A stretch of DNA of 64,000 nucleotides from Dehalococcoidia bacterium (GCA_034406555.1 DASCRM010000077.1:10911-74910), one strand, 5' to 3'; counted from the first letter of the stretch, positions 10,094-20,206 are shown. Notes: generated by a model from the letters alone, not told the origin. Program-made: numbers and translations.

Positions 10094-11316
10094 ACCACTC
10101 CCGCCTTAGCGAGCTGCGCCAGCTGATCACCGTCGACACCCAGCGAGGCGAAGACCTCGCTGTTGTGTTCGCCGAGCAGCGGTGGCCGCCGCCCGATGCG
10201 CGCGTCCGCAGCGCCGAAACGCATCGGCACCGCCATGTCGGAGAAGTTGAGGCCCAGGCTCGGCTCCTCGACATCGACGAAGAAGCTGCGTTGCTGGAGG
10301 AACGGGTCACTTACCAGTTGCTCGGAATCGGTCACCGGCAACGCGTGGATGCCGCGGTCCTGGATCGCCTCCATCAGCTCCTGCCTCGGCAGGGTCGCGA
10401 CCGCGCGTGCCAGGGCATCTCCGAAGTCGGGGCTGTCGATGAAGCCGAGACCCGGCGAGCGGTCGCGTAGCTCCACTAGCTCATCGCCCGCACCGAACTG
10501 TTGCATCACCTCGACGATCGCATCGGAGCGCACCCGGAAGGCGCCGATCGTCATGTAGCCGTCGCGCGCTCGGTAGAGGCCACCCGGCATGTCGAGGCCC
10601 GCACCGACCCGTTCGCGCCGGAATCCGAACTGGTGGAAGAGCGAGGCGTTGCCCATCTGCAACGTCGGCAGCGCGCAGACGCGTTCGACGGCGATGTCGA
10701 CCAACTCCCCGCCGTTGCCGCGACGCGAACCGAAGAGCGCGATCAACGCGCCCAGCGCCGCCGCCAGCCCGCTCATCTCCGACCCTTGCTCCGGCCCGAA
10801 GCGCGCCGGGCGTTCGTTGCGCACACCGAAGATCTGGATCATCCCACCCATCGCCTGGCAGATCAGGTCGCTGCCCAGCCACTCGCTGCGCTCGCCTTCG
10901 AGGCCGAAGGGCGTGACGGAGACGACGACGAGCGGTGGTTCGGCCGCAGCGAGCTCTTGCAGGTCGAAGCCCCATCGCGCGAGCTGGCCGTTGTCGAAGA
11001 CGGCATCGACCTCCCCGAGCAGCTTCGCCAGCAGCTCGCGTCCCCTCGGCTGGCTGGCATCGAGCGTGATGCCGCGCTTGCCAGCGTTGTAGTGCAGGAA
11101 GTAGAGACTCGGGCGCTCCCCATTCCCCGGATCGCTGCCCGTCGCTCCAGACTGGCCTCGGTAGAGCGGCTCGCGACTGCGGTGCGCCCCCCCGCCGGGC
11201 GGCTCGACGCGAATCACGTCGGCACCCATCGAGGCGAACAGGCGAGGGCCGTAGACGCCCATGCCGTCGATCAGGTCGAGCACGCGGATACCTGCCAGCG
11301 GGCCAGTCTCAGCCAT
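10090..11316 (-). CDS. Family III CoA-transferase (CaiB/BaiF)
   Basis: 'LAGIRVLDLIDGMGVYGPRLFASMGADVIRVE' ... 'LLGEHNSEVF'. Confidence 0.8.
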   Translation of the reverse strand: MAETGPLAGIRVLDLIDGMGVYGPRLFASMGADVIRVEPPGGGAHRSREPLYRGQSGATGSDPGNGERPSLYFLHYNAGKRGITLDASQPRGRELLAKLLGEVDAVFDNGQLARWGFDLQELAAAEPPLVVVSVTPFGLEGERSEWLGSDLICQAMGGMIQIFGVRNERPARFGPEQGSEMSGLAAALGALIALFGSRRGNGGELVDIAVERVCALPTLQMGNASLFHQFGFRRERVGAGLDMPGGLYRARDGYMTIGAFRVRSDAIVEVMQQFGAGDELVELRDRSPGLGFIDSPDFGDALARAVATLPRQELMEAIQDRGIHALPVTDSEQLVSDPFLQQRSFFVDVEEPSLGLNFSDMAVPMRFGAADARIGRRPPLLGEHNSEVFASLGVDGDQLAQLAKAGVV

Positions 11317-11432
11317 CGATCCCCTTCGCACCGCACCCGTTCGAGTGGGCGGACTATAGCGCAGCGTACGCCCAGCCCGGAGTCACTGGCGCGAGAACTG
11401 CTGTAGGTTAGGCGCGCGCGGAAGCGGGCAGC

Positions 11433-12275
11433 ATGACCAGTCAGACAGTCGAACGGTACGAGGGCACGTGGCGGCGGCTCGCCAACATCTCTGCCAGTCG
11501 CAAGGGCTCGATCCACGACGACGATGCGGCCCGAGGGATGGGATTCCGGGGCGGCTTCGTACCTGGCAGCACCGTGGGGCAGGCCGCGATGCCGGCGATC
11601 ATCGCCCGCCTTGGTCCGCAGTGGATGGAGGGCGGGTGGTACAGCTTCAAGTTCGTGCGCCCGGTCTACGTCGACGAGGAGGTGCGCGAGGTCGGTGCGG
11701 AACTGCTCGCCGACGGCACACTGCCGCTGCAGGTCGAAGCTCGCGACGGTCGCCTTTGCTGCGACGGCGCGGCGGGCCTCGGCACGACTGTGCCGTGGGA
11801 TGTCTCCGAGGACGGCACGCACGGAGCGGACGAGGTCTTTCCCGCGATGACGATCGGCGATGCGTTCGCCCCCGGGGAGCTACACGTCGTCGCGGAGGAG
11901 GTCGCGGCGATGATCGCCGCCGCCGGCGACCCGACGCCGTGGTACGAGAGCGAGTCGCCATGGGGCGACCCAATCATTCCGCCGGAGCGGCTGATGAACG
12001 CCGCCTTGAACCACATCCGCGGCGAGATTCTCACCGACGACAGGGTGCGCAATCCGGGGATGTGGGCGGAACACTCGATCACGATGGCGCAGCCCGTCTT
12101 CGCCGGTCGCACCTACACGCTCACCGAGCACCTGGCGGACAAGGGCCGCTCCGGGCGCACCGCCTACGTCGACTACCAGTTCGAGATCGTGGACGAAGCA
12201 GGGGCGCCGTGCGCGACGGGCCGTCACAAGATCAAGTGGATCCTGCAGTCCGAGCAGCCGGGCGATAAGGACTAA
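11433..12275 (+). CDS. MaoC-like / hotdog-fold (R)-specific enoyl-CoA hydratase/dehydratase, double-hotdog architecture (putative)
   Basis: ~280-aa protein with the expected organisation. It is divergently paired with a CoA-transferase and is paralogous to the 18344-19180 gene. Confidence 0.5.
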   Translation: MTSQTVERYEGTWRRLANISASRKGSIHDDDAARGMGFRGGFVPGSTVGQAAMPAIIARLGPQWMEGGWYSFKFVRPVYVDEEVREVGAELLADGTLPLQVEARDGRLCCDGAAGLGTTVPWDVSEDGTHGADEVFPAMTIGDAFAPGELHVVAEEVAAMIAAAGDPTPWYESESPWGDPIIPPERLMNAALNHIRGEILTDDRVRNPGMWAEHSITMAQPVFAGRTYTLTEHLADKGRSGRTAYVDYQFEIVDEAGAPCATGRHKIKWILQSEQPGDKD

Positions 12276-12323
12276 GCGGAGTCGACGCCCGGGGCTGAGC
12301 CGAGGGACATCGAGAGGACCGAG

Positions 12324-13607
12324 GTGCGCAGTTATCGCCCGCTGACGGGTGTCCGCGTCCTCACCTTCGAGGCGGCCGTCACACTACCCTCCGCGACGCG
12401 CGTGATGGCCGACCTGGGCGCGGATGTGGTGCAGGTGCGCCGCCCCGGTCGCGCCGTCGACAACTTCATCGCCACCTACGATGGCACGCTGATCAACAAG
12501 CAGTCGATCTTGATCGACCTGCGGATGGAGGAGGGTCGGACGCTCGCGCTGCGGCTTGCCGCGCAGGCCGATGTCGTCTGCAACAACTTCACACCCCGAG
12601 TGATGCGCGGCTTCGGGCTGGACTACGGTCGGCTACGCGCCGTGCGCGAGGATCAGATCGTGATGCAGCTCTCCGGCTACGGCGCGCCCGGGCCGTGGGC
12701 CGACTACCCCGCCTACGGGCCGAGCGTCGAGGCGGCGGGGGGTCTCAATTCGTTGATCGGCAACGAGGGTGAAGTGCCCGTGCGCATCGGCGGCGGCGTC
12801 TTCGCGGATCAGCTCGCCGGGCGCTACGCGACCGTCGCCTTACTCGCCGCCCTTGTCCATCGCCAGCAGACCGGCGAGGGTCAGTACATCGACCTCTCGA
12901 TGTATGAGGGCATCGTGCACGTCCACGGGCAAGACGTGATGGCAGCCAGCGCCGCTGGGCCCGACCCCGCGCGACGCGGCAATCGCGACCCGGCGATCGC
13001 GCCGCAGGGCATCTACGCGGCGGCCGGCGCAGACGAGTGGGTCGCAATCTCTGTCGAGACCGACGAGCAGTGGCGCGCCCTCGCCGAGTGCATCGGGTTC
13101 GACGATGCGTCGCTCGACCGCGTCGAAGCGCGGCGCGAACGCCACGACGAGATCGATGAGGCGATCGCGGCGTGGGCGCGCCAGCGGTCGAAGCACGACG
13201 CGGCGGAGCTTCTCCAGTCGTGCGGCGTGATCGCCGGGCCGGTGCAGGCCCCGCGTGACCTCGCTGTCGACGCCGGCTACATCGAACGCGGCCACTTCCG
13301 CCCGATCCGGCACCGCGAGCCGATCGCGGCGGCAACGTGGCATCCGCACCTCAGCCAGCTGCCGAAGATCAACGGCGCACGTCGCGCCCCGCTCACGGAG
13401 GCCCACGCGGACGGCGCGGATAACGCGGCCGTCCTCAAAAGCTGGCTCGGTCTCGATGCCGCCGAGGTTCGTCAGTTACACGAGAGTGGCGTCACGCCGA
13501 CCGGAATTCCGCTCGTCACCTCCGCGTCGGATGTGCCGCGCCGGGGCCCCTCCGACGCGGACCACGCCGCGCGCGTTGGACGGGCCCACGGACAGGACGC
13601 GCCCTAG
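12324..13607 (+). CDS. Family III CoA-transferase subunit (first of an adjacent overlapping pair)
   Basis: 'LTGVRVLTFEAAVTLPSATRVMADLGADVVQV'. Its stop overlaps the next gene's start (TAGTG). Confidence 0.8.
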   Translation: MRSYRPLTGVRVLTFEAAVTLPSATRVMADLGADVVQVRRPGRAVDNFIATYDGTLINKQSILIDLRMEEGRTLALRLAAQADVVCNNFTPRVMRGFGLDYGRLRAVREDQIVMQLSGYGAPGPWADYPAYGPSVEAAGGLNSLIGNEGEVPVRIGGGVFADQLAGRYATVALLAALVHRQQTGEGQYIDLSMYEGIVHVHGQDVMAASAAGPDPARRGNRDPAIAPQGIYAAAGADEWVAISVETDEQWRALAECIGFDDASLDRVEARRERHDEIDEAIAAWARQRSKHDAAELLQSCGVIAGPVQAPRDLAVDAGYIERGHFRPIRHREPIAAATWHPHLSQLPKINGARRAPLTEAHADGADNAAVLKSWLGLDAAEVRQLHESGVTPTGIPLVTSASDVPRRGPSDADHAARVGRAHGQDAP

Positions 13608-14716
13608 TGCTGCGTGTGATCGAGCTCGCTGGTGGTCTCGCCTCGCAGTTCGCGACCATGGCGCTCGCGGAACTTGGCGCGGACGTGATCAAGGTCGAAC
13701 CGCCGGACGGTGACCCCCTGCGCGCACGTCGCGAGGTCGCGCCGGACGACCTCAGCTTCGAGTACCTCAACCGCCGCAAGCGCAGCGTCGCGCTCGACCT
13801 CGAGAGCAGTGAGGGCCGCGCCACGCTGCTCGAACTCGTCGCCGACGCGGATGCGGTGATTGAGGATTTCGACACTGAGACGCTCCGCCGGCTGCGGCTC
13901 TCGTACCGCACAATGCGGCGCGCGCAGCCGGGCGTCGTACTCACCTCGATCAGCGGCTTCGGGCGCAGCGGGGCTCGCTCCGACTGGCGGGCGAACGACT
14001 TCGTCCTGCAGGCGATGGGCGGCGTCGTCGACGGCACCGGCTGGGGGGACCAGCCTCCGCAGCGGCTCCCCGGCAGCCCGGCCAGCTTCTCCGCCGGGTT
14101 GCAAGCTGCCGCGCTCACCTCCGGGGCAGTCTATGGAGTGCGCGCCGGCGAGGGTGGCGTACACATCGATGTCTCGATCCAGGAGGCGATGTCGACGCAC
14201 TGGACACGCGAGATCGAGCGCTACATCTACCACGGCCTGGGCGTCTCGCGCGGCAATGTGGAGATGGGCCTGCAGGGCTTCCCCCACACGGTGATGGCGA
14301 ACGACGGCTACCTCTACCTGCTGGCCCTGCGCGCGGAGTGGGAGCCGCTGGGTCACTTACTCGGCCTCGACGACTTCATCACGCACGAATGGAGCGACCC
14401 GCGGACGCGGCTTGAGCGCTGGGACGAGATCGCCCCGCAATTCACCGCGAACATCGCCGCCCGCAGCAAGTACGAGTGGTTCGCCGACGCCGCCGCGCAG
14501 GGCTACACGTTCGCCCCCGTCGACGACATGGCCGAGGTGCAGCAGAGCCCGCAGTTGCTCGCCCGCGACTTCTTCCGCGAAGCAAAGATCGAGGGCGAGA
14601 GCGTGACGACCCCAGGCCTGCCCTTCACCTTCGCTGCCACACCACCGCGCCCCAACGTCGTCCCCGGCGTCGGTGAACACACCGCCGGGGTGCTGGCGGA
14701 GCTGCGCGGCGGCTAA
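13607..14716 (+). CDS. Family III CoA-transferase subunit (second of pair)
   Basis: 'VIELAGGLASQFATMALAELGADVIKVE', 'VGEHTAGVL'. It is translationally coupled to the upstream paralog. Confidence 0.8.
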   Translation: MLRVIELAGGLASQFATMALAELGADVIKVEPPDGDPLRARREVAPDDLSFEYLNRRKRSVALDLESSEGRATLLELVADADAVIEDFDTETLRRLRLSYRTMRRAQPGVVLTSISGFGRSGARSDWRANDFVLQAMGGVVDGTGWGDQPPQRLPGSPASFSAGLQAAALTSGAVYGVRAGEGGVHIDVSIQEAMSTHWTREIERYIYHGLGVSRGNVEMGLQGFPHTVMANDGYLYLLALRAEWEPLGHLLGLDDFITHEWSDPRTRLERWDEIAPQFTANIAARSKYEWFADAAAQGYTFAPVDDMAEVQQSPQLLARDFFREAKIEGESVTTPGLPFTFAATPPRPNVVPGVGEHTAGVLAELRGG

Positions 14717-14763
14717 CCGGTTCGACCAGCGAACCCCACGAACGGCCGCAGCGCAGGCGCGCT

Positions 14764-15717
14764 ATGATCGCGCTCGCAGTCAGCGAGGGAGGCGACCCGG
14801 TGGGTATCGTCTACGAGAAGCGCAACCAGATCGCTTACATCACGTTCAGCAACCCCGACAAGGCGAACATCCTGGACCGGGCGACTTCGGACGAGATCTC
14901 CGAGGCGTGGATCGATGTCTGGGAGGATCGCGACATCCGCTGCGCGATCATCACCGGCGAGGGTGACCGCCATTTCTGCGGCGGGCACAACCTGGCACCG
15001 AACCCCGAAGTCTCGGTGGACGACCGTGCGTTCCTGCGAGCGCAGAAGATGTACTGGCCACTGGCTGGCACCGTCAACGGTGCAAAGACCGGCCTCGATG
15101 GCCGCATGGGCGACCACTACCCGCGCGTCTGGAAGCCGGTGATCGCGGCGGTCAACGGCTGGGCGGCAGGCGCGGGCCTCTACCTGCTGCTCGCATCGAC
15201 GGACATTCGCATCGCCTCGGCGGAGAACGCGCGCTTCAAATTCGCACTGCTCACGCAGGGCTGGCTCGGCAACGGGCCGGGCGCGACGTTGCTCGCGCGC
15301 CAGCTCCGCTACGCCGACGCGATGCGCATCCTGCTCACGGACGAGCCCATCGATGCGGAGGAGGCGCTGCGCATCGGACTCGTCAATGAGGTCGTGCCGC
15401 ACGTCGACCTGATGGATCGCGCCGAACAGATCGCGGAGCAGATCAAGTCGATGCCCCCGATCGCGGTGCGCATGATGAAGGAGTTCCTGATCCGCTTCGG
15501 TGACGCGCCGACCGACATGGCGTGGCAGGTCCAGAACTTGATGAACACGCTGCTGATCCAGACGACCGCCGACGGCGCCGAGGGCACGGCCGCCTTCAAC
15601 GAGAAGCGTCCACCGAACTTCACCGGCGCAATCCGACGCCCGGGCGAGCCTTTCCCCGAGCCGACCGAGGAGCACTGGCAACGACTGAACGAGATCTACC
15701 GCTCAGGTGGCTACTAA
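14764..15717 (+). CDS. Enoyl-CoA hydratase/isomerase (crotonase fold)
   Basis: 'IAYITFSNPDKANIL', 'VIAAVNGWAAGAGLYLLLASTDIRIASAENARF', 'GTAAFNEKRPPNF'. Confidence 0.85.
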   Translation: MIALAVSEGGDPVGIVYEKRNQIAYITFSNPDKANILDRATSDEISEAWIDVWEDRDIRCAIITGEGDRHFCGGHNLAPNPEVSVDDRAFLRAQKMYWPLAGTVNGAKTGLDGRMGDHYPRVWKPVIAAVNGWAAGAGLYLLLASTDIRIASAENARFKFALLTQGWLGNGPGATLLARQLRYADAMRILLTDEPIDAEEALRIGLVNEVVPHVDLMDRAEQIAEQIKSMPPIAVRMMKEFLIRFGDAPTDMAWQVQNLMNTLLIQTTADGAEGTAAFNEKRPPNFTGAIRRPGEPFPEPTEEHWQRLNEIYRSGGY

Positions 15718-15848
15718 GGCGGCATGGCCGCTCGCAAACGCGGCGAACCCTCCGAGTGAGTGACAGGCTCCGACGGGGCGAAGCACCGAGTGTGCAAAAC
15801 GGGCCACGCACTTGCGATCGCCGGCACACAAGGGCGTTACAGTGAAGC

Positions 15849-16017
15849 TATGGAAAACTCACGTTCGATCGGAATCGGAACTGCCCTCGGAATTGTCGTG
15901 GGGGCGGTGCTGTTCGCGGTGACTGATTATCCCGCCTGAATCGCCTTCGGGACCGTGTTCGGGGCGGCGTTCGGCGCCGGCGCACCCCGACTCATGGAGC
16001 AGCTCGGCAACGACTAG
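15849..16017 (+). pseudogene. Tiny Gly-rich membrane protein ORF interrupted by an in-frame TGA at 15937-15939 (MENSRSIGIGTALGIVVGAVLFAVTDYPA*IAFGTVFGAAFGAGAPRLMEQLGND)
   Basis: Both halves are hydrophobic and Gly-rich, in the same frame and separated only by TGA. The ORF is below the ORF-table size cutoff. Confidence 0.3.
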
Positions 16018-16041
16018 AGGACAGCGGAGAGCAGCGACCGA

Positions 16042-18339
16042 CTACTCCAGCGCCCCGGCCGCGTGTAGCGTCGCCAGCTCTTCGTCGCCGAGCCCCAGCA
16101 CGTCTCGCAGCACCGCGTCAGTGTCCGTGCCGAGTCCCGGTGCGGGCCGCGGCAGCGGAAGCTCGAGGTCCGCGAGTTGCCACGGCAGCCCCGGCAACGG
16201 TCGCTCGACGCCCTCGACGTCCGCGCCGAGGCGGTAGAAGCCCCGCTCTTGCAGGTGCGGGCTCGCGAAGAGGTCCAGCGAGGAGTTCGACGGCGCAGCG
16301 GGCACGCCCGCGTGCTGTAGCTCCAGCCACGCCTCGTCGGCATCACGTCCCGCGGCCCAACCACCGATCGCCGCATCGACCTCCTCCGCGCGAGCCTGCC
16401 GGGCATCGAACGCCCAAGATGTATCGAGGCCGCCGACCACCGAGCAGAGCGTGTGCCACTGCTCGTCTGTCGTGACGGCAACGGCGAGCCAGCTGTCGTC
16501 GCCGGCGCAGCGGTAGACGCCGTGGGGCGAGAAACGGGGGTCGCCGTTGCCTGCCCGCTCGTGGAGGCGGCCGCTCAACTGGTAGTCGAGCAGCGGCCCC
16601 GGCATCGTCCAGAGCAGCGCCTCCACCATCGAAAAGTCGATGCGCCGTCCTCGCCCGCTGCTGCGCCGCTCGCGAAGGGCCGCGACGGCCGCCGAGGCCA
16701 TCAGCATCCCGCACATCGGGTCGAGCCACGCCATGCCGATGGCGGCGGGGCGGCCGGGGTAGCCGTTCATCCCTGCGAAGCCGGTGAAGCACTGCAACAA
16801 CGTTCCGTACGCCACCCGATCGGCCTGCGGGCCAGTGCCTCCCATGCCCGACGCGGAGATGAGCACGAGGTCGGGGCGCAGCCCGAAGAGCACGTCATCG
16901 CCGAGGCCCAGCCGCCCCATCACGCCGGTCGCGAAGTTCTCGACCACGACATCGCTCTGCTCGACCAGCCGTCGCGCGATCGCGACCGCCTCCGGCGATC
17001 GCAGGTTGAGCGAGATGCCCTGCTTGCCCTGCCCGAGCACGGAGTGCAGCTCCGAGGCTCGGCCGGGGTCCGGCCGCCCGCCCGATTCGACCTTGATCAC
17101 CTCCGCGCCCATGGCGGCGAGGTAGCGCGTGCAGGTCGGCCCCGCAATCACCCAGCTGAAGTCGAGCACTCGCACCCCCGCGAGCGGACCCTCGGCAGCG
17201 TTCTCGGGAGTCGGGGTAGCTGTCGACCGATCGCGCCACGCCACGTCCGGCGACGGCGGGTCAGCCTGTTCAGTGATTCCCTCGGCACCGAAGCCGAAGG
17301 GCAAACCCGGTGCGAGTACCTCGGTGCCATCGACGGTGAGCGAGCGGAACGATTGCCGATGCTCGAGCTGCGGCGATTCGAGCAGGTCGGCGGGGGTGCT
17401 GAGCGGGAAGCACGGCACGTGGGCGCCCTGCCCGGCCTCGAAGATCTCGGCTTTGGTGTGCTGACTGCTCCACTGCGACATCAGCGCGTGCAGCTCGCCC
17501 CAGCGCGCCACCTTTACCTCGCGGTCGTCGACCTGGCCTTCTCGCGCCCACTCCGGGTCGCCCATCACGCCGACCCACGCCTTCCACTGGTGAGCCTCGC
17601 GGGGCGAGATCGCGATCTGGCCGTCGCTGGTCGGCAGGATGGTGACGATCGTGCTGCCGAAGCCGGCGCGCTTACGGCTCTCCGGTGTCTCGTCGTACGC
17701 GGGATGGGCGAGGTCGCGGATCGCCATGCAGGCCAGCGCCTCCTGCACGGAGACATCGATCAACTGGCCCTCGCCGGTTCCCTCACTGCCGTAGAGCGCG
17801 TGCATCGCGGCGCAGGTAGCGGTGACGCCCGCGATGAACTGCGACTGCTCGCCCGCCGCACGCACAGGCGGCTCTTTTTCCGGGTCGGCGACCGGGCCGA
17901 TCAGCAGCTTTGCGATACCGCTGCCGTGGAAGCCGATCAGGTCACTGCCCGCGAAGTCGCGATACGGCCCGCTGAGCCCGAACGGCGTGACCGCCACGAC
18001 CACCGCAGCGGGCGCTGCGCGCCGCAGTGCATCGAGGTCGAAACCACCGAGGCCCGCCTCCCCCTCGCCCGAGGCGACCACCACGAGGTCGGCCTCGCCG
18101 GCCAGCCGCGCGATCGTGTCTGCATCGCCCTCGGTGAGTCGTTTGCCCAAGCTGAGCGCCGCGTCGACCGGCGTCGAGAGCGCGTCGGCGACGCGCACGA
18201 CGTCCGCACCGAGGCCCGCGAAGACGTTGCCGCAGACTGCCGCAGCGAGCCCACGACCGAGCTCCAGCACACGCAGCCCGTCGAGCATCTGCGCTCCACT
18301 CTGCGCCTCGGCCTGGGGCCCCGCCGCCTCCGAGGTCAT
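16042..18339 (-). CDS. Tandem-fused double family III CoA-transferase (two complete CaiB/BaiF domains in one 765-aa chain)
   Basis: Domain 1 runs 'LDGLRVLELGRGLAAAVCGNVFAGLGADVVRV' ... ; domain 2 restarts at 'LAGVRVLDFSWVIAGPTCTRYLAAMGAEVIKVES' ... 'GLGTDTDAVL'. Confidence 0.8.
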   Translation of the reverse strand: MTSEAAGPQAEAQSGAQMLDGLRVLELGRGLAAAVCGNVFAGLGADVVRVADALSTPVDAALSLGKRLTEGDADTIARLAGEADLVVVASGEGEAGLGGFDLDALRRAAPAAVVVAVTPFGLSGPYRDFAGSDLIGFHGSGIAKLLIGPVADPEKEPPVRAAGEQSQFIAGVTATCAAMHALYGSEGTGEGQLIDVSVQEALACMAIRDLAHPAYDETPESRKRAGFGSTIVTILPTSDGQIAISPREAHQWKAWVGVMGDPEWAREGQVDDREVKVARWGELHALMSQWSSQHTKAEIFEAGQGAHVPCFPLSTPADLLESPQLEHRQSFRSLTVDGTEVLAPGLPFGFGAEGITEQADPPSPDVAWRDRSTATPTPENAAEGPLAGVRVLDFSWVIAGPTCTRYLAAMGAEVIKVESGGRPDPGRASELHSVLGQGKQGISLNLRSPEAVAIARRLVEQSDVVVENFATGVMGRLGLGDDVLFGLRPDLVLISASGMGGTGPQADRVAYGTLLQCFTGFAGMNGYPGRPAAIGMAWLDPMCGMLMASAAVAALRERRSSGRGRRIDFSMVEALLWTMPGPLLDYQLSGRLHERAGNGDPRFSPHGVYRCAGDDSWLAVAVTTDEQWHTLCSVVGGLDTSWAFDARQARAEEVDAAIGGWAAGRDADEAWLELQHAGVPAAPSNSSLDLFASPHLQERGFYRLGADVEGVERPLPGLPWQLADLELPLPRPAPGLGTDTDAVLRDVLGLGDEELATLHAAGALE

Positions 18340-18343
18340 CGAG

Positions 18344-19180
18344 CTAGCCCTGTTCGCGCTTCGCGACGTTGAAGATCGTGGTGTGGCGGACGCGTGCCAG
18401 TCGCGTCCCGTCCTCGCCGGTGATCAGCCCGTCGGCGGCGATGTACTGGTGGCCCTTGCGCTCGAAGACCTCGACGCCGCGCCCGGCGATCGTCACCGTC
18501 TGCCCAGCGTAAGCGGGTGCGAGGTGCTGGATGTGGCTCTTCGCGTGGATCGATGGCGCGTACTCGAACGTGTGGTGCATGTACGGCGACATGCGGGCGG
18601 CGATCCAGCCGGGGTGAATGCGCGGCCGATCGCCGTGGAAGAGCGGATGCTCGTCCGCCACCTGCTCGGTCGCGTAGCTCCGTGCCTGCTCGGCGCTGAT
18701 CTCCACCGCCTGCGGGCGCAGGTCCATGCCGACTGGCGCGTTGTCGAGCGTGAGCTGAGGCAGCGAGTCCGGCCTCGGCTCCGGCTCCAGCCGCTGCGGC
18801 GTCAGCATCTCGCCGAGCCACGGCGCATCACCGGGGCCCGCGAGGCCGACGAGGCAGCTCTTCCCATCCTGGTTCGTCATGTCGAGCGCGAAGCTGCCGT
18901 CGGGCTGCTCCGTCAGTCGGACGGTCATCTCGTCGCCGGGGAACGTCGGCCGTCGGAAGCTCACCTCGCACCAGCCGTGGTCGAGCCAGCCGTCGCCCAG
19001 CGCCTCCATGATCGCGGGCGCGGCCCAGCCGTAGACGGTGACGCCACCGACAAGCGCTGCCCGGTAACCGTACTCCGCCCCGCCGGAGGTTGAATGGATC
19101 GGGTTCCCGAGGCGTGGTGCGTCCGGGTCCTCCATGAACGCCGTGATCCGTCGTTCTGCCACTCGAGGTTCGGCCGTCAT
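18344..19180 (-). CDS. MaoC-like / hotdog-fold hydratase (putative), paralog of 11433-12275
   Basis: The true start is probably MTAEPRV, because the upstream ORF-table extension is Arg-rich artefact. It is divergent to a crotonase gene. Confidence 0.5.
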   Translation of the reverse strand: MTAEPRVAERRITAFMEDPDAPRLGNPIHSTSGGAEYGYRAALVGGVTVYGWAAPAIMEALGDGWLDHGWCEVSFRRPTFPGDEMTVRLTEQPDGSFALDMTNQDGKSCLVGLAGPGDAPWLGEMLTPQRLEPEPRPDSLPQLTLDNAPVGMDLRPQAVEISAEQARSYATEQVADEHPLFHGDRPRIHPGWIAARMSPYMHHTFEYAPSIHAKSHIQHLAPAYAGQTVTIAGRGVEVFERKGHQYIAADGLITGEDGTRLARVRHTTIFNVAKREQG

Positions 19181-19334
19181 GCTCGCCTCCGTTTTCGCAC
19201 CTCGTTGATCTGAGGGCGCGGCACAGCATAGTCGACCCTCGCCGGCGGCCGCGCCGCTCGAACGTCTCGGGCGAAATGTGCCAGACTCGCGCGGGCGCGC
19301 ACAGCGAGCGTCGCGCCGCACGAAGGGAAGCACG

Positions 19335-20102
19335 ATGCCGGGGACAGTCCTCTACGAGCGCGAAGGCCACATCGCCACGATCACCTACAACCGTCCGGAG
19401 GTGCTGAATGCCATCGACGGGGAACTGCGCGAAGACCTCAATGCCGCGTGGGTGCAGTTCCGCGACGACGAAAAGGCGTGGGTCGGGATCGTCACCGGCT
19501 CCGGTCGCGCCTTCTCCGCGGGCGCCGACCTGCGGGGCGGGGGCGCGCCGCCCAGCGGCACCTTCTGGGAAGTCCCGAGCCTCAGCTCGCTCGAGAGCGG
19601 CCTCGAGGTCTGGAAGCCGGTGATCGCGGCGGTCAACGGCTACTGCCTCGGATTCGCCCTCACCCTGGTCGCCGCCTGCGACTTCGTGATCGCCAGCGAC
19701 CAAGCGCAGTTCGGCTTCCCGGAGGTGACGCTGGGCATCCCGACGATCCAGGGCGCGATCCGCATGCCGAAGCGCGTCGGCTGGCAGAACGCGATGGAGC
19801 TGCTACTGCTCGGCGAGCGCGTCGATGCGGACCGCGCGAAGGAGATGGGGCTGGTCTGGAAGGTCGTCCCCCACGACGAGCTGATGGCCGAGGCGAAGAC
19901 GCTGGCGGAACGTCTGCTCAAGCCCGCCCCCCTCGCGATCCGCGCCACCAAGGAGGTCGCCTCGCGCGGCCAGGAGGTCCCCTTCATGGAGGCGATCCGC
20001 TTCGGCGAGACGATGCGGCGCGTCGCCGGAGCCACCGAGGACGCAACGGAGGGCCGCACCGCCCGCGCCGAGGGCCGCGAACCAGACTGGCAGGCGCGCT
20101 AG
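19335..20102 (+). CDS. Enoyl-CoA hydratase/isomerase (crotonase fold)
   Basis: 'IATITYNRPEVLNAID', 'GSGRAFSAGADL', 'VIAAVNGYCLGFALTLVAACDFVIASDQAQFGFPE'. Confidence 0.85.
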   Translation: MPGTVLYEREGHIATITYNRPEVLNAIDGELREDLNAAWVQFRDDEKAWVGIVTGSGRAFSAGADLRGGGAPPSGTFWEVPSLSSLESGLEVWKPVIAAVNGYCLGFALTLVAACDFVIASDQAQFGFPEVTLGIPTIQGAIRMPKRVGWQNAMELLLLGERVDADRAKEMGLVWKVVPHDELMAEAKTLAERLLKPAPLAIRATKEVASRGQEVPFMEAIRFGETMRRVAGATEDATEGRTARAEGREPDWQAR

Positions 20103-20206
20103 GGCCCCAAGGGGCTCGTACGGGCTGGATGGGGCGGGGCCGGTCGAAGGGTGACCCCGGCCGTTCGCGCGCCGGAGTCCGGTCCTCGCCCGCTACCTTC
20201 GTGAGA

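Noticed and set aside
15720-16040. Selenocysteine insertion at the in-frame TGA of the small membrane ORF
   Set aside because: No convincing SECIS-like hairpin follows the TGA, only a self-complementary 'gcgccggcgc'. The protein type is also not a known selenoprotein. It is kept only as a low-interest finding.
16453-18372. 639-aa ORF on the plus strand
   Set aside because: It is antisense to the fused CoA-transferase gene. Its Arg/Ala/Gly-rich composition is typical of GC-rich shadow frames, and it has no homology features.
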